64,000 nucleotides of DNA. Source: Chiloscyllium plagiosum (Eukaryota). The stretch spans positions 73,531,399 to 73,595,398 of the forward strand of contig NC_057711.1 of NCBI RefSeq assembly GCF_004010195.1. The letters run 5' to 3'. Shown here in pieces: positions 27,513 through 41,850 of the stretch. The position numbers were made by a program, and so were the translations under genes. Position 1 is the first letter of the stretch, and each line of letters opens with the position of its first letter. The notes beneath the pieces are model-generated. The model made no database searches. It had not been told where the DNA came from and was given only the letters and a program-made list of their open reading frames with translations.

Positions 27513-30500
27513 TCTAGGAGATGTCACTGATGTTGGAGAATCCCACAGTTCACACTGCTTAACTCTTCTCATTGACAGGCGAGGATATGATGTGCTCTGT
27601 TCTGGAGGAACTTGCACCAACTTTATCATGGATGCATTTGTGGACTGAGAATTGGACAATGCCACACCAGTTCCCAGTTACTCCTTAAGATGAGCCGCTG
27701 GCACAGTTTTGACCTAGGTGGTCACAGGATGGGTTTGTCACCCAATCTTCTGAGCCCTGCTCCAGAAGATGACAGAGCTCAGCGATGATAGCTAAGTATA
27801 CTATCTTTCAGACAATTAAAGAAAATGACAGAGAGGTCTGTGGATGCAAAATCTTATTGTCTTCTACCCATTTGGTGGACTTTGACTCACTGCTTCTCTC
27901 TCTATATGCTGTGCAGCAGTCACTAGAACTTACTGTTCTTGGTGAGTTTGGTGACAAAGTAATAATTGCTGTCTCTTCATACATTGTCTCAATTGCTGCA
28001 GCAAGGCTGTAAGGACTTCAGCCAAAGCAATCGCCATGTGAAATGTGATAAACTGTGAGGAATGTCAGAATAATACCAATTTTATCCTGATCCCTCACAT
28101 CCATCACAACGAACATCATATTATGATCCACGTCATTTGGCCGGAGGCTTGCTGAGGAGATAACTGATATGCTTTGATAAGGGGTGTTAGATATTCTGGA
28201 GTACGTTGCCTTATCAAAGTATATGGACCAAAACCAAAGTTTTCAAGCTTCACTGGAGAGTAGACCTCTGCCATTAAGCTACCATGATAGACCCTCAATC
28301 AAAGTAAAGACTCCCTTCTACATTGTTGACCATGTCCTTGCACATTTGTTGCTGAATGCACAGATGTGGCAGCTATGAAGTGTTGTATTTCAGTGCTGGC
28401 TACAGAATATGTTTGTCAAATGGACACTTTAAGTGCTGCTTTTAAGTGCTTTTGTCTGATTACATTTCGTTAGCTGACATCATAAGGAGGCAAGAATTAT
28501 ACAAAATGTAATAGTGATGAGACCATAACTCTTAACATGCATTCTTGGATAATTAATGATCGGAAGGGCCCCAACTACCAAGATTTTTACTCTGCCACCA
28601 AAGAAAAAGAATCAGTGACTTACTCTGCCCAGTTTGCAAGCAATGTCAGTCATTTTATACAGTTACTGTATAGCTAACTTTCAATCCAACATGGCAAGAT
28701 TCCAACTTAATTTCAGTGAAATGACATGCAGGCTCTGCCTACGATATCTGTGAATTATCCCTCACCCTTTATGCTCCCTTCTGTGTTGTTGTCCCCTGTG
28801 TCCTCAATGAACTTTCATCTTCACCCAGTTTCTATTGAACCACTTTACACAACAATTACTATTCCCACTTACCCCAAATTCATTCCCATGTCCTTGTGAG
28901 CCCTACATCTTCCCATTTAATGGCCTGAGTGAACTGTTTGAACTCTCGCCACTCCACCCCACTTTCCAGAGTGCCTCGTCCTCTCCCATTCACTATGGGA
29001 TCCCAACCTACTATCACCAATTGTCCCCTCTCACTGTCACTATTCCCTCAGCAACTCAGTACAATGAAGCTCATCCCTAGACTTAAATGTCTCAGGACTT
29101 CATACCTGAGCTGGGTTAGAATAATAATGACAGGACCATTTCTAGGTCCTGTCCCAGCACATGTCAATAACACATCCATTGGTGCAATTCTGTCAAACTT
29201 AAATTACAATTTAATTAAGAATGGTGTATGGATTCCTAAGCTTGCAGGGCATATGAGACGGTGCCATTGTTGCAGTATGGAAACTGAAAAGGTCCCTCAA
29301 TCTTGTGGCATTCAAATTTATAAAGTAAACTGTGACAATAGCTGAAAAGTCACCATTATGGAGGGTGAGGCCCTTTCCAAGATAGGTGATTACAGCTGTA
29401 ATCCCCTGATTACCGTGGATGGGGTGAAGGAAGTGAAAGAGACATCTCAAATCTCCTAGCCAGCTGCTGGAAAATTGGATCCAGGCATTTCCTGGGTTTT
29501 GGCCTCAATGGGGAGCCTGTCCAGTCTTTGGAATATACTGAAGATGTCCCTCATCGTCCCACAATTGACATTTAACTTTGTAGTCTGGTAACCTCCATCT
29601 AGGTGGGTGGCCCTTGCCAGCTTTACTTTAAATCTGGCAAGATCATCCAGAAGAAGGAATGCTGATCCGAAGTGATTTATTCAAACGTTCTTCCAGTCCT
29701 GATTTCAAGTACACCTCTGACATTTAGGGAGAACTCCATCCATTGAATCAACCTAGGGGGAGTTTTACCTTGCATCCGTCCAGTGTGTCATAAAGCTGAA
29801 ACACCTGAACAATGTAAAAAGATGTCATTCTTCATCAATGACCCTTACTTTTAGGAATATAAATATTCTCAAGAAAAACTTGCAATCAAGAGCAAACACA
29901 GAGTGACTTTCATTAGCAGATTTCATTATCACCTTAATACAATGAATAAATGAAATATAGTGTAAATACCTCTCAATGAAGTATGTGTAAATAATCAAGA
30001 TTAATTGAAATGCTTCAAACAAAATTTGGCATGCATTTTTTTTCTGGGAAATTACGTGCCTCATTAAACAATAACAACTGGGTAAAGATAGTAAATTTCC
30101 TCATTAGGTGCTCGAAATAAACAGATTTCAAGAATTAGCAGTAGACTGTAAGATTCATGAGGTGATAAACTATAATTATTATGACAGTCCTTACTTTAGT
30201 CTTCCAGAAGTTCATTTATTTACCTGTTATCTGATGTGCTTGTCGTTCAACATCATTGCTCATGTAATTAAGTTTTCTAAGTACTTTTACCATTCTGTTC
30301 GAGGTCAGGATAATCAGGAAAAGTTATTGCTTTTGGTTTCTGCAAAATTTAACATTTCATACCTTTCTGATTCTGCAGTTTCTGAAGTTTCCAATGTGAA
30401 CATTAGTATAGGATTAGACTCCATCTATTCAGTGGACCTCTATACTATGTGTACTTGCATTGCCATTAAGATGACATTTTAATTCGCAACTACAGTTTTA

Positions 30501-30589
30501 CTTTCAACTCAAGGCTCAAAACAACTGCAGTAGCACAGCAATTTGCTTCACAGGCATGGCCCACTGCAAAGTAATGTTTCATTTCAGCA

Positions 30590-30920
30590 AGGTTCCTCCA
30601 TGGCTAGCACTGCTGCCTCACAGTGCCAAAGACCTGGCATTGATTCCAGCCTCGGGCGACTGTCTGTGTGGAGTTTGCACGTTCTCCCCGTGTCTGTGTG
30701 GGTTTCCTTTGGCTGGTCCAGTTTCTTCCCACAGTCCAAAAATGTGCAGGTTATGTGAATTGGCCATGCTAAATTGCCCAGAGGGATGTGTAGGTTAGAT
30801 GCATCAGTCAGGAGTAAATATAGTGTAGGGAAATGAGTCTGGGTGGGTTATTCTTTGGAGGGTCAGAGTGGAGACTTGTTGGGCTGATGGGCCTGTTTGC
30901 ACACTGTAGGGGTTCTAATT
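30590..30920 (+). mobile_element. HE1 SINE
   Basis: agcactgctgcctcacag, gtggagtttgcacgttctcccc, cccacagtccaaa, tail ggcctgtttgcacactgtagg. Confidence 0.92.
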
Positions 30921-32719
30921 TCAGTTTTTGATGTGCCATTTAATCTGCATCCTGTGTCTCAAATAAGTTAACACAGTTATGAAATGTTGTTGATCAACTG
31001 TTCATTCCAATAATGTGTTATAAAAGGGACAGAATTGAAAATCAAATATAAAAAAAATCAAGAGCGCCAGAATAATCTTCTGTTGCATTAGTACAATCAC
31101 AATCGTTAGAGCACTGTTGTTTGAAGCCCATAGCTCACATCATCTTGTCCCATTGGTAATAAGAAGCGATAAAACAATTTTGTGCGGATATTGCAGACAG
31201 AAAATAAAATGTAGAACTAATGACCCAAAATAACTAAGTATACTTTGGGGTATGTTAACCTTCGTTAACTTAAGCAATATAGGATCTATGAGTAAAATAT
31301 TCTGCAATGTCAATGTGAGCACATTATTCATTCAAACTGCTGTTCAGAATTTTACTGTTAAATATATATATTAATAAACAGTAGCAATTGCAAAACAAAG
31401 CAATTTTGCAAAGAACATCAATGTTGGAATTATGCAGCTTTCATCAATTATAATGTAAAATCAAAATCAAAAAGACCTGCCCCAACAACAATTTGCATTT
31501 ATGGAGCACAATCAACATAGCCAACATTTCTTATGTTTCTTAAAATGAGCTCAGTGAATGAAAATATTTCAGGCATCACAACTGTGATAGAAGTTAATAG
31601 TACATTTTCCTGGTTGTGCCAGACATTGAAGAATGGGGTACCATGGTCCCTTATCTCCTCACCTGCCTCACCCTCCCCTACCAAAAAGTCACAGGGTGTC
31701 TGCCTGTGATTTTGACTGGTGCACAGCAGCAATTTGATCCTTGGAGCAGTGTTAACTTCTTTAAGGTGAGCCTTTTACCTCTATCTCTATCTCCTGATGC
31801 AGACTTCCCTAAATCTAGGGTCAGAGGTCTCGGTGAGGGCAGTGAGGGTTTGTGTTCAGGAGAGTGGGAAAGAGTTAAAAATGGGAATGACCTTTGATGG
31901 GGGTACCTCTCATGAGCCATCTAGTTTGACACAAATCCACACAGCTAAATCTGTTAGACATCCTGTATGGCATGGATCTTCCCCTGCTGTGAGTAATATA
32001 CCAGAGCCTTTAGGGGTCCTTCAGTTGCCTAACAACTCTGCTGCACCCCTGCCAACTGTAATACTTCTGACAAGTTGGGAGTGGTGGAAATGTAGTGGGA
32101 AGGCCATTTTTTGGATTTTATATAGCTTCAAACCCAGTAGCAGGAGAATGTAAACACCTGTATCTCAAATAACAGGCAGAACCTTCTACCAGTGACAGGT
32201 ATTTCAACTGCTGTCTGGAGTATCTGTGAGACCTCCAGGTCACACCACTTTCCAGGAAGGTCCATCAGTATTGCATGTTATTTCAGACAGTTGACAGGCC
32301 AGCAGTGGGCCCTTTCCTGGGGGTCAGGATACTGGGGACAGATGTCCCACCCAGCAAGAATTGCCAGGCAATCAAAGGATGGAAATACTTTTGAGTGGCA
32401 GTGCTACAGGGGAGATGGTGGTTGCTGCTCAAAGCAAGCCCCTCTTGAGGCCTGTGGCCAAGGTAAGAGGCAGTAGTATAAGAACAGACAATGATTTGAG
32501 TCTGATATGACTCTTCTTCAGAATAGAGATGGTGGGAGGGGTTTCACAGAGTGGTGAATACTGGGAAGGAGATAGTAGGGACTTAGCAGCATGGACAGGA
32601 AATGGGCCCTGCCTTCTTGACAATGTTGAGAAACTTTGAATAAATGACCACCCTTGGCAGCCAGAAAACAAACATACCAGGGTTTGTTGATAATATTCCC
32701 CACACGATGAAGCCCTATC

Positions 32720-33950
32720 GACATCCAGATTAGTACCTGGGTTAAATGTCTTGCTATTATCTCCTCAATAATGGATTTTAGCATTTTTCCAATGACAGCT
32801 GTTAGCATAAGTAGGTTATAGGTTTCTGCTTTCTTTCCTTGAACATTGGTGATACATTTGGGGCCTTCCAGTCTGTTGGGACCTTTTCAGAATCTATGGA
32901 CTTTTGGAAAATTGCACCAAATTCCGTCACCATGTCTGCACTGTCAAAGATTTCAGGATGCAGCATCAGATCGAGGGGGCTTGTTAGTTTGTAGTCTGAT
33001 TGATTTTCTCAGTGTTTTTCCTTCAGTGGTTGTGAATTTTGAAGTTCATCTTCCTTTAACTCTTGTTATTTCTACAGTTACTGGGACCATAAGCACAAAA
33101 GAACTAGGAGCAGGAGTAGGCAATCTGGCCTTTTGAGCTGCTCCAGCATTCAATAAGATCATGTTGATCTTTTCTTGGACTCAGATCCACTTACCCACAC
33201 TCTCACCATGTCCCTTAATTCCTACCATATACAAAGGTACAATTACTAGGAAATGTCGCCATAGTTAAAGGGAAGCCTTTTGTATCTTCTACTATGAAGA
33301 CAAATACAAAATACTTGTTTAAAGCATCTTCTATTTCCTTGATTCCCTTTATAACTTACACAGTTTCACCATCTAATACACTAACCTTTTCCTTTTCATT
33401 TAAAATGTTTAACTGCTTGTTTCATATTTCGTGCTCATTTTTCTCATACTCCAGTTTCCCTCTCTTTCTCCATGCTACTAACCAATCTTTGCAAGTATAT
33501 AACATTTCTTTCAATCTGACACCCTTAGTTAGCCATGGATGTTATTTCTTTCCTGTACAGCTTTTCTTTCTCAACAGAATATACTTATGTTCACAGTTAG
33601 ATATCTTCTCCAATGAACCACTGCTTCTCCATCACTTTTGCTTTCAATATATTTTAGCCAGCAAATTCTTTATAGCTTTCTAAATGCCTTTACTTAAATT
33701 TAAACACTAACTTCAGATCCAAATTTCCCTCTCTCAAACTGAATGTGAAATTGTATCATGTCGTGAACTCTTTCATCAAGTTGTTCCTTTACTATGAGGT
33801 CTTTTGTTAATCTTGTCTTATTCCATATTACTGGATATAAAGTAGACTGTTCCCTGAGTGGTTCAAGAATGTAGTTTTTTCTAAGAAACTGTCTTAAATA
33901 TGCTCTCTGAACTCACCTTTAAGGATATCTTTATTAATTTGTTTCATAAC
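32720..33950 (-). mobile_element. Old CR1 LINE remnants (with a short 3'-end fragment at about 33085-33225)
   Basis: LTAVIGKMLKSII in translation and degenerate ORF2-like composition. Confidence 0.6.
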
Positions 33951-34328
33951 TTTTTTTCTCTCTCTGCAATGCTCACATCATATGAAAGAATAAAAAAGAG
34001 AGATTTGCCCTATTTGGATTCCTGAATACTTATTGTCATCTAGTGGAGTTACTGGGGATTTGTTCAGATTTCTTTCTACATAATGTGATAGGAGATTTTC
34101 TTCATATGCTTCTTGTCCCTTCCAAAAGATCACATGGTTATTAATTAAGTGGAATGAGTGTAAATCTTGCTGTAGGTTTCACGGTTTTATGATGAACCAA
34201 TTAGTTTTCTCTGCATTACATTGTACAGAGAACTTGATATTAACCAAAAGAAGTCACATGCTAAAATATAAGGTAAGGCAGCAAGTTTACAGAATTATCC
34301 CAATGTCTTGGTGTTTATTTTCCAACAG

Positions 34329-34385
34329 TGAGCATTGAGGTGGATAATGATGAAAGTGATGATGAGGAACAGGGTGAAGAAACAG
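34329..34385 (+). CDS. TMC1: TMC1-like coding exon (57 nt, phase 1/1): xSIEVDNDESDDEEQGEET
   Basis: Acceptor tttattttccaacag and donor G|gtaagc. The phase joins the next exon in frame (G+AT=Asp). The acidic SIEVD start resembles TMC1 N-termini as I recall them (fish VSIEVD, mammal VQIKVEE). Confidence 0.75.
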
Positions 34386-34460
34386 GTAAGCTATTTCCCC
34401 ATGCACATGCTGTATGTCTACCTTGCCATACACAAAGGTAGAATTACAAGGAAATGTCAC

Positions 34461-34745
34461 CACGGTGGCTCAGTGGTTAGCACTGCTGTCTCACAGCACC
34501 ATGGTCTCAGGTTCGATTCCAGCCTCAGGCGACCGTCTGTGTGGAGTTTGCAAATTCTCCCCGTGTCTGTGTGGGTTTGCTCCGGTTTTCTCCCACAGTC
34601 CAAAGATGTGCAGGTCAGGTGAATTGGCTATGCTAAATTGTCATTAGGTTAGGTGCGTTTGTCAGAGGGAAATGGGTCTGGGAGGGTTGATGTGGACTTG
34701 TTGGGCCGAAGGGCCTGTTTCCACACTGTAGGTAATCTAATCAAC
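34461..34745 (+). mobile_element. HE1 SINE in TMC1 intron
   Basis: A box ggtggctcagtgg, B box ggttcgattcc, SINE core and tail. Confidence 0.93.
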
Positions 34746-35545
34746 AAGTGATTTATAAGGAAGAGAATACATATTCCTAGATTTTGTCCTCACCACTCCC
34801 ATATTTTGCTTTGTTAATTGAGAGACATCAAAAATAAATGTGTTCTAGATCTATATAACTGAAGTTCCCACCACTGTAGTGCCCACTGCACTTTGTTCTG
34901 TCATTCATTAGAAATGCTTGGTCTTGTTCGGGAGAGTACATTGCAAACACTATAGTAATGAAATGTTAAGACTATAAGCTTCACTTTTCAGGCAAAAAAA
35001 TCTTCATTATTATGCAATTTTCCAATGCCATCTGTCTATGTGATGAAGAGTTGGCAGTCATTCTTCTCCAAAAACGAACGTGGCACAAAGGTTTTTCCAC
35101 TTTGAATTTTTTTTTAATCTCTCTTCCTGGACGAAATTTAGAGTTAGGAACAGAAATAGAAATATGTGATTTCTTGACCTTTAAATAGCATAAGATCTTA
35201 GTGCCATCTGACCTACTGGAAACAGCCATAGACCATGTTAGTTTAACATGAGATCTGAAGCACATTACTTCTAAGATGTAACATTTCCTTAGTATTAGAA
35301 GAAATTATTAGCTGTCTGAGGAGCTATGATTTATCTTTCACTTTGCTTACTTTATAAACTATAAATTAACTGGCAATGCAACATATCATTAGAGTGCTAA
35401 GCATAATGTCCACAACCCTCAATTTCTCATATAAGATTACAGATTTGCTATATTATTGTATCATACAAATTTACAAATAGATTTAGCCATATTGGGAAGA
35501 GTGACACATTGGGATATATCCTTTAGGCTTTTACATGTCACAGAG

Positions 35546-35989
35546 TCATAGAGATGTACAGCATGGAAACAGACCAGTTGGTCCAATTTGTGCATGCAGA
35601 TATCCTAAATTAATCTAGTCCCATTTGCCAGCATTAGGCCTATATCCCTCTAAACCCTTCCTATTCATATACCTATCCAGATAACTTTCAAATTTTGTAA
35701 TTGCACTAGACTCCACCACTTCCTCTGGTAGCTCATTCCATCCACGCACCACGTTCTGCATGAAAAAGTTGCCCCTCAGATCTCTTTAAAATTTTTCCCT
35801 CTCACCTTCAATCTATGCTATCTAATTTTAGACTCTCCCACTCCAGGGAAATGACCGTGTCTATTAACCCTATCCATGCCCCTCATGATTTTGTAAACCT
35901 CTATAAGGTCACCCCTCAGCCTCTGATACTCCAGAGAAAATAGCCCCAGCCTGTTCAGCCTCCCCCCTAGAGCCCAAACCTGACTTAAG
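35546..35989 (-). mobile_element. 5'-truncated CR1/HER1 LINE with 12-bp TSD
   Basis: TSD catgtcacagag at 35534-35545 and 35990-36001. Confidence 0.9.
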
Positions 35990-36116
35990 CATGTCACAGA
36001 GATTTATTCGTTTATATTTTACTGTTTCCTATTGATTATTATTTAGCTGTATGTTTGGGATGAGAGCTATTTATTGAGTGCAAATGTAACCCACAAACCT
36101 GTTCATTTGTATTAAG

Positions 36117-36552
36117 ATGATTACAGCTCAGAGGTGGAACCACAATGCACAAAGAAGTCAGCAGGAAGGAACAGAAATGGAAAGAGAAAAATTGAACAAG
36201 AATCAGAGGAACAATCTGATGACTCAGAGGAGGAAGAAGAAGAGCAAAGTAGAAAGAAAAATGTGCAAAATAGAAACAAATTAACTAATAGGAACAACTT
36301 AAATGAAGCAGAGGAACAAGCAACTAAAAGTAGGAAGAACAAGAGAAATGCAAAATCTAAGAAAAAAGATTCTCATAGTGATGATCATGATGATGAGGCA
36401 CTGGGCAAGAAAAAGAAAGGAAAAAGTGACAAAAAGCAAATGGACAGTGAGAGTGAAGAGGAGGATACCAAGAAAAGGGGCAAGAGAAAAGATAAGAATG
36501 GCAAAAAAGCTGTAAATAAAGGCAAAATCAATAAAAATAAATATAGTTCAAG
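36117..36552 (+). CDS. TMC1: TMC1-like coding exon (436 nt), highly charged K/R/E/D/S-rich N-terminal region
   Basis: Open purine-rich frame DYSSEVEPQ...KNKYSS. Acceptor ttgtattaag, donor AG|gtatgt. Phases 1/2 match both neighbouring exons. Confidence 0.8.
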
Positions 36553-36870
36553 GTATGTCTCATTTTCACAAAGTTGGAATTCACTGGATACAATATGTGG
36601 AATAACCTAGTGAGTTAGGAAATGGCTTGGTTATAGTTTGCATAACTGATTAGCTGTATCTGCTGAAAACAGTTACTTTACTGTTTTATATACTCTTTGA
36701 GATTCAGACGTAGAAACTTTCTTTCATTTATACCCATTTCAAATGTAGAAACTAGAACAGTTTGAGTGTTTTGCTGAATTGTTTTTATGACCTAAATTTT
36801 AATTACAGAAAGGAATTGGCAAATTGCCAAAGGAATTCTTCACTTGCAATTTGTCACTTCTCATTCTTGG

Positions 36871-39800
36871 AGTCATAGAGCCATAGAGATGTACATGATG
36901 GAAACAGACCCTTCAATCCAACACATCCATGCCGACCAGATATCCCAACCCAATCTAGTCCCACCTGCCAGCACCCGGCCCATATCCCTCCAAACCCTTC
37001 CTATTCATTTACCCATCCAAATGCCACTTAAATGTTGAAATTGTACCAGACTCCACCACTTCCTCTGGCAGCTCATTCTATACATGTATCACTCTCTGTG
37101 TGAAAACGTTGCCCCTTAGGTCTCTTTTATATCTTGCCCCTCTCACCCTAAACCTATGCCCTCTAGTTTTGGACTCTCCAACCCTAGGGAAAAGACTTTG
37201 CCTGTTTACCCTATCCATGCCCCTCATAATTTTGTAAACCTCTATAAGGTCACCCTCAGCCTCTGATGCTCCAGGGAAAACAGCCCCAGCCTATTCAACC
37301 TCTCCCTATAGCTCAAATCCTCCAACGCTGGCAACAACCTTGTAAATCTTTCTGAACCCTTTCAAGTTTCACAACATCTTTCCGATAGGAAGGAGACCAG
37401 AATTGCACGCAATATTCCAACAGTGACATAACCAATGTCCTGTACAGCCGCAACATGACCTCCCAACTACTGTACTCAATACACTGACCAATAAAGGAAA
37501 GCATACAAAACACCTTCTTCACTATCCTATCCACCTGCAACTCTACTTTCAAGGAGCTATGAACTTGCACTCCAAGGTTTCTTTGTTCAGCAACACTCCC
37601 AAGGACTTTACCATTAAATGTATAAGTCCTGCTAAGATTTGCTTTCCCAAAATGTGGCACCTTGCATTTATCTGAATTAAACTCCATTTGCCGCTTCTCA
37701 GCCCATTGGCCCACCTGGTCCAGATCCTGTTGTAATCTGAGGTAACCCTCTTCACTGTCCACTACACCTCCAATTTTGGTGTCATCTGCAAACTTACTAA
37801 CTGTACCTCTTATGCTCGCATCCAAATCATTTATGTAAATGACAAAAGGTAGAGGGCCCAGCACCTTATGGCACTCCACTGGTCACAACCCTCCACCACC
37901 ACCCTCTGTCTTCCACCTTTGAGCCAGTTCTGTATCCAAATGGCTAGTTCTCCCTGTATTCCATGAGATCTAACCTTGTTAATCAGTCTCCCATGGAGAA
38001 CCTTGTCTAATGCCTTAGTAAAGTCCATATAGATCACATCTACCACTCTGCCCTCATCAATCCTCTTTGTTAATTCCTCAAAAAACTCAATCAATTTTGT
38101 GAGAGATGATTTCCCACACACAAAGCCATGTTGACTATCCCTAATCAGTCCTTGCCTTTCCAAATACATGTACATTCTGTCCCTCAGGATTCCCTTCAAC
38201 AACTTGCCCACCATCAACGTCAGGCTCACTGGTCTACAATTCCCTGGCTTGTCCTTACCACCATTTTTAAACAGTGGCACCATGTTAGCCAACCTCCAGT
38301 TTTCCGGCACCTCACCTGTGAGTATTGATGATACAAATATCTCAGCAAGGGGCCTAGCAATCACTTCTCTAGCTTCCCACGGAGTTCTCGGGTACACCTG
38401 ATCAGGTCCTGGGGATTTATCCATCTTTACCCGTTTCAAGACATGAAGCATTACCTCCTCTGTAATCTGGACATTATGCAAGATGTCACCATCTATTTCC
38501 CTACAGTTTATATCTTCCATATCCTTTTCCAAAGTAAATACTGATGAAAAATACTCATTTGGTATCTCCCTCATTTTCTGCGGCTCCACACAAAGGCTGC
38601 CTTGCTGACCTTTGAGGGGCCCTATTCTCCCCCTCGTTACCCTTTTGTCCTTAATGTATTTGTAAAAACTCTTTGGATTCTCCTTAATTCTATTTGCCAA
38701 AGCTATCTCATGTCCCCTTTTTGCCCTCCTGATTTCCCTCTTAAGTATACTCTGACTGCTTTTATACTCTTCTAAGGATTCACTCAATCTATCCTGTCTA
38801 TACCTGACGTACGCTTCCTTCTTTTTCTTACCCAAATGCTCGATTTCTTTAGTTATCCAGCATTCCTACACCTACCAGCCTTTCCTTTCACCCCAACAGG
38901 AATATACTTTCTCTGGATTCTCGTTATTTCATTTCTGAAGGCTTCCCATTTTCCATGTTATCTGTGAACATCTGCCCCCAAGCAGCTTTCGAAGGTTCTT
39001 GCCTAATACCATCAAAATTGACCTTTCTCCAATTTAGAATTTCAACTTTTAGATCTGGTCTATCCTTTTCCATCATTATTTTAGATCTAATAGAATTATG
39101 GTCGCTGGCCCCAAAGTGCTCTCCCACTGACACCTCAGTCACCTGCCCTGCCTTATTTCCTAGGAGTAGGTCACGTTTTGCACCTTCTCTAGTAGGTACA
39201 TCCACATACTGAATCAGAAAGTTTTCTTGTACACACTTAACAAATTTCTCTCTATCTAAACCCTTAACAATATGGCAGTCCCTGTCTATGTTTTGAAAGT
39301 TACAATCTCCTACCATAACCACCCTATTATTCTTACAGATAGCTGAGATCTCCTTACACGTTTGTTTCTCAATTTCCCTCTGACTATTAGAGCGTCTATA
39401 ATACAATCCCAATAAGATTATCATCCCTTTCTTATTTCTCATTTCCACCCATATAACTTCCCTGGATGTATTTCCAGGATATCCTCCCTCAACACAGCTG
39501 TAATGCTATCCTTTATCAAAAATGCCACTCCCCCTCCTCTCTTGCCTCCCTTTCTATCCTTCCTATAGAATTTCTATCCTGGAAAATTAAGCTGCCAGTC
39601 CTGCCCATCCCTGACCCATGTTTCTGTAATTGCTATGAGATCCCAGTCCCATGTTCCTAACCATGCCCTGAGTTCATCTGTCTTCCCTGTTAGCCCCCTT
39701 GCATTGAAAAAAATGTAGTTTAATTTAGCAGAGCTCTCTTGTCCTTGCCTGCCCTGACTGTTTGACTCGCTTCTGTTCTCAGTTGTACCAGTCTCGGATT

Positions 39801-40600
39801 GATCTCTTTCCTCACTATCTCCCTGGGTCCCTCCCCCCCCACCTTACTAGTTTAAATCCTCCCGAGCAGCTCTCGCAAATTTCCCTGCCAGTATATTAGT
39901 CCCCTTCTAATTTAGGTGCAATCCGTCCTTCTTGTACAGGTCACTTCTACCCCAAAAGAGATTCCAATGATCCAAAAATGTGAATCCTTCTCCCATATAC
40001 CAGCTCCTCAGCTCTTCACCTGCTCTATCCTCCTATTCCTATCCTCACTAGCTTGTAGCACTCAGAGTAATCCAGATAATACTACTCTCGAGGACCTCCT
40101 TTATAAATTTTCACCTAACTCAGTGTAATCTCCCTTCAGAATCTCAACATTTTCCCTTCCTATGTCATTGGTTCCAATGTGGACAATGACCTCCTGCTGG
40201 CCCCTCTCCCCAGTGAGAACATTCTGCACCCTCTGCATACCTGTTTGAAATGGGTATATCCACAAAAGACTCCTGCACTAGCTGCTTACCTCTCTTACCT
40301 TTCCTGGAGTTAACCCTTCTATGTGACTATATCTGAGACTTTCCTCACTTCCTATAACTGCCATCCATCACATACTGTTGCTGTTGCAAATTCCTCATTC
40401 CTAACTGTCTCTCCAACCAATCAATTGGATCTGATAAGATTCGCAGCCAACAGCATTAGTGGCAGATATAATCTGCAGTAACCCTTAAACTCTCTTTAAA
40501 CTCCTACATCTGACAAGAAGCACACATCCCTCTACCAAAGCAGATTTTTGCTCCTTCACAATCTACAGACCCAGAAAATGACGCCGTCTTTTTCCTCTGC
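36871..40600 (-). mobile_element. Near full-length CR1/HER1 LINE (ORF1 esterase-like remnant plus ORF2 EN-RT), frameshifted
   Basis: ORFs 37313-37879, 37831-38835 and 38924-39448 carry RT and endonuclease motifs. A GFTFLDHW..LYKKDGLHL-like ORF1 segment lies near 39900-40000. Confidence 0.95.
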
Positions 40601-41295
40601 AAACTCTGCTCCAGGTCAATGATAGATAAATTGTAAAAAGTAAAAATAGTGCAAATATAAACATTGGCTAGGTAGAAATAAATCTATTGGCATGATAGGC
40701 TTGTTACACAAACTTTGCAGGTCTCAGTTTATTGAACAGTGATACTCTTGGTTGCTTTTTTGTTTTTGTGAGCAGTTTGGTATTGTTCTGTTGTTCAGGC
40801 TCTCAGATGTGCTATTCAGTTTTAATATTTTTAGCAAATAAAGTAATAATCTAGTTTAAATCTGAGAAGAATTTAGGTGAAGATATTGCTTCAAGAGTTA
40901 GTTTGGTATTCTATGTCAAAAAGTTAGGTATAAAAAACCTAGATATAACGGCCCACTTTATGATAAGTATTGAATTGCTGCTAGGAAAATGCAATCTAGA
41001 AGTTCATCCTTTTTACCATTTTATTGGCGATGTCCTCAGCTTTCTCTTGGTTTTGACATTTCAAATTAGGATCATAGGATGACTTCACATTAATTTCCAT
41101 TTATCCAGTTCAAAAATGAAAATTCTTTAAATTACTTCCAATTATTATAGAATTCTGGTTCAAAATAGACTAGTTGATTTGAAGGAATCTGTGTTAGTTC
41201 TAACTCACAAGTTCTTCCCCATTCATTCTCTCATTTAAAAGGCTGTAATATGTAGACACAAAGAAAATCTTACAGTTTGTTGTTTTCTCTACTCA

Positions 41296-41384
41296 AGCAC
41301 CGCAACATCCAAAATCCTTGATTCCATCCCTGAGTATGACAGTTATTGATAGTAGGCTTAATGAATTGAGTTACGTAGCTTTTT
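41296..41384 (-). repeat. Short copy of the segment at 62328-62417 (probable LINE 3' UTR)
   Basis: aatccttgattccatccctgagtatgacagttattga is identical at both sites. Confidence 0.75.
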
Positions 41385-41479
41385 TAAACCTTTGAATATT
41401 TGATACTTCTTTGGATTTGCCAATGATGTATGAATGGAAGCACTCTGCTCTGGGTAAAACAGAGTGGAATTCAGGCATT

Positions 41480-41850
41480 TTCATTTTTTTTCGTGGAATG
41501 TGGATGTGGCTAACAATATACAAATTTGTTGCCCATCCCTAATTTCCTTTGAACTGAGTTGGCTTGATGGTTATTTCAGTTGACAGTTAAGAGTCAACAA
41601 AATTATTGTGATTCTGGAGTCACATGTAGGTCAGATTGCATAAGGATTGGATTTTTTTCCCAAAAGGGCATTCATTAACTTCCTGGGTTTTTGCATCATT
41701 CGTTGATAGCTTTGTAGTTATCATCAGCTTCAAGCTCATATTTACCTATTGATTTTAAGTTTCACAATGGTCTGTGTTGAGATTTGAACTAGTGCCCCGA
41801 GGGCATTAGGCCAAACCTCTGTGATGGTGCCACTACACCACCATTTCCTT
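41480..41850 (-). mobile_element. Old SINE of a second family (relatives at about 49270-49600 on -, 51760-52140 on +, 61655-62210 on +)
   Basis: Shared blocks gttaagagtcaac..ctggagtcacatgtagg and the tail gcccatccctaatt. Confidence 0.7.

Noticed and set aside
34229..34272. Exon-like segment with ATG CTA AAA TAT AAG|gtaagg (MLKYK) just upstream of the first identified exon
   Set aside because: The phase-0 donor gives an immediate TGA when joined to 34329, and the intron would be only 56 nt.
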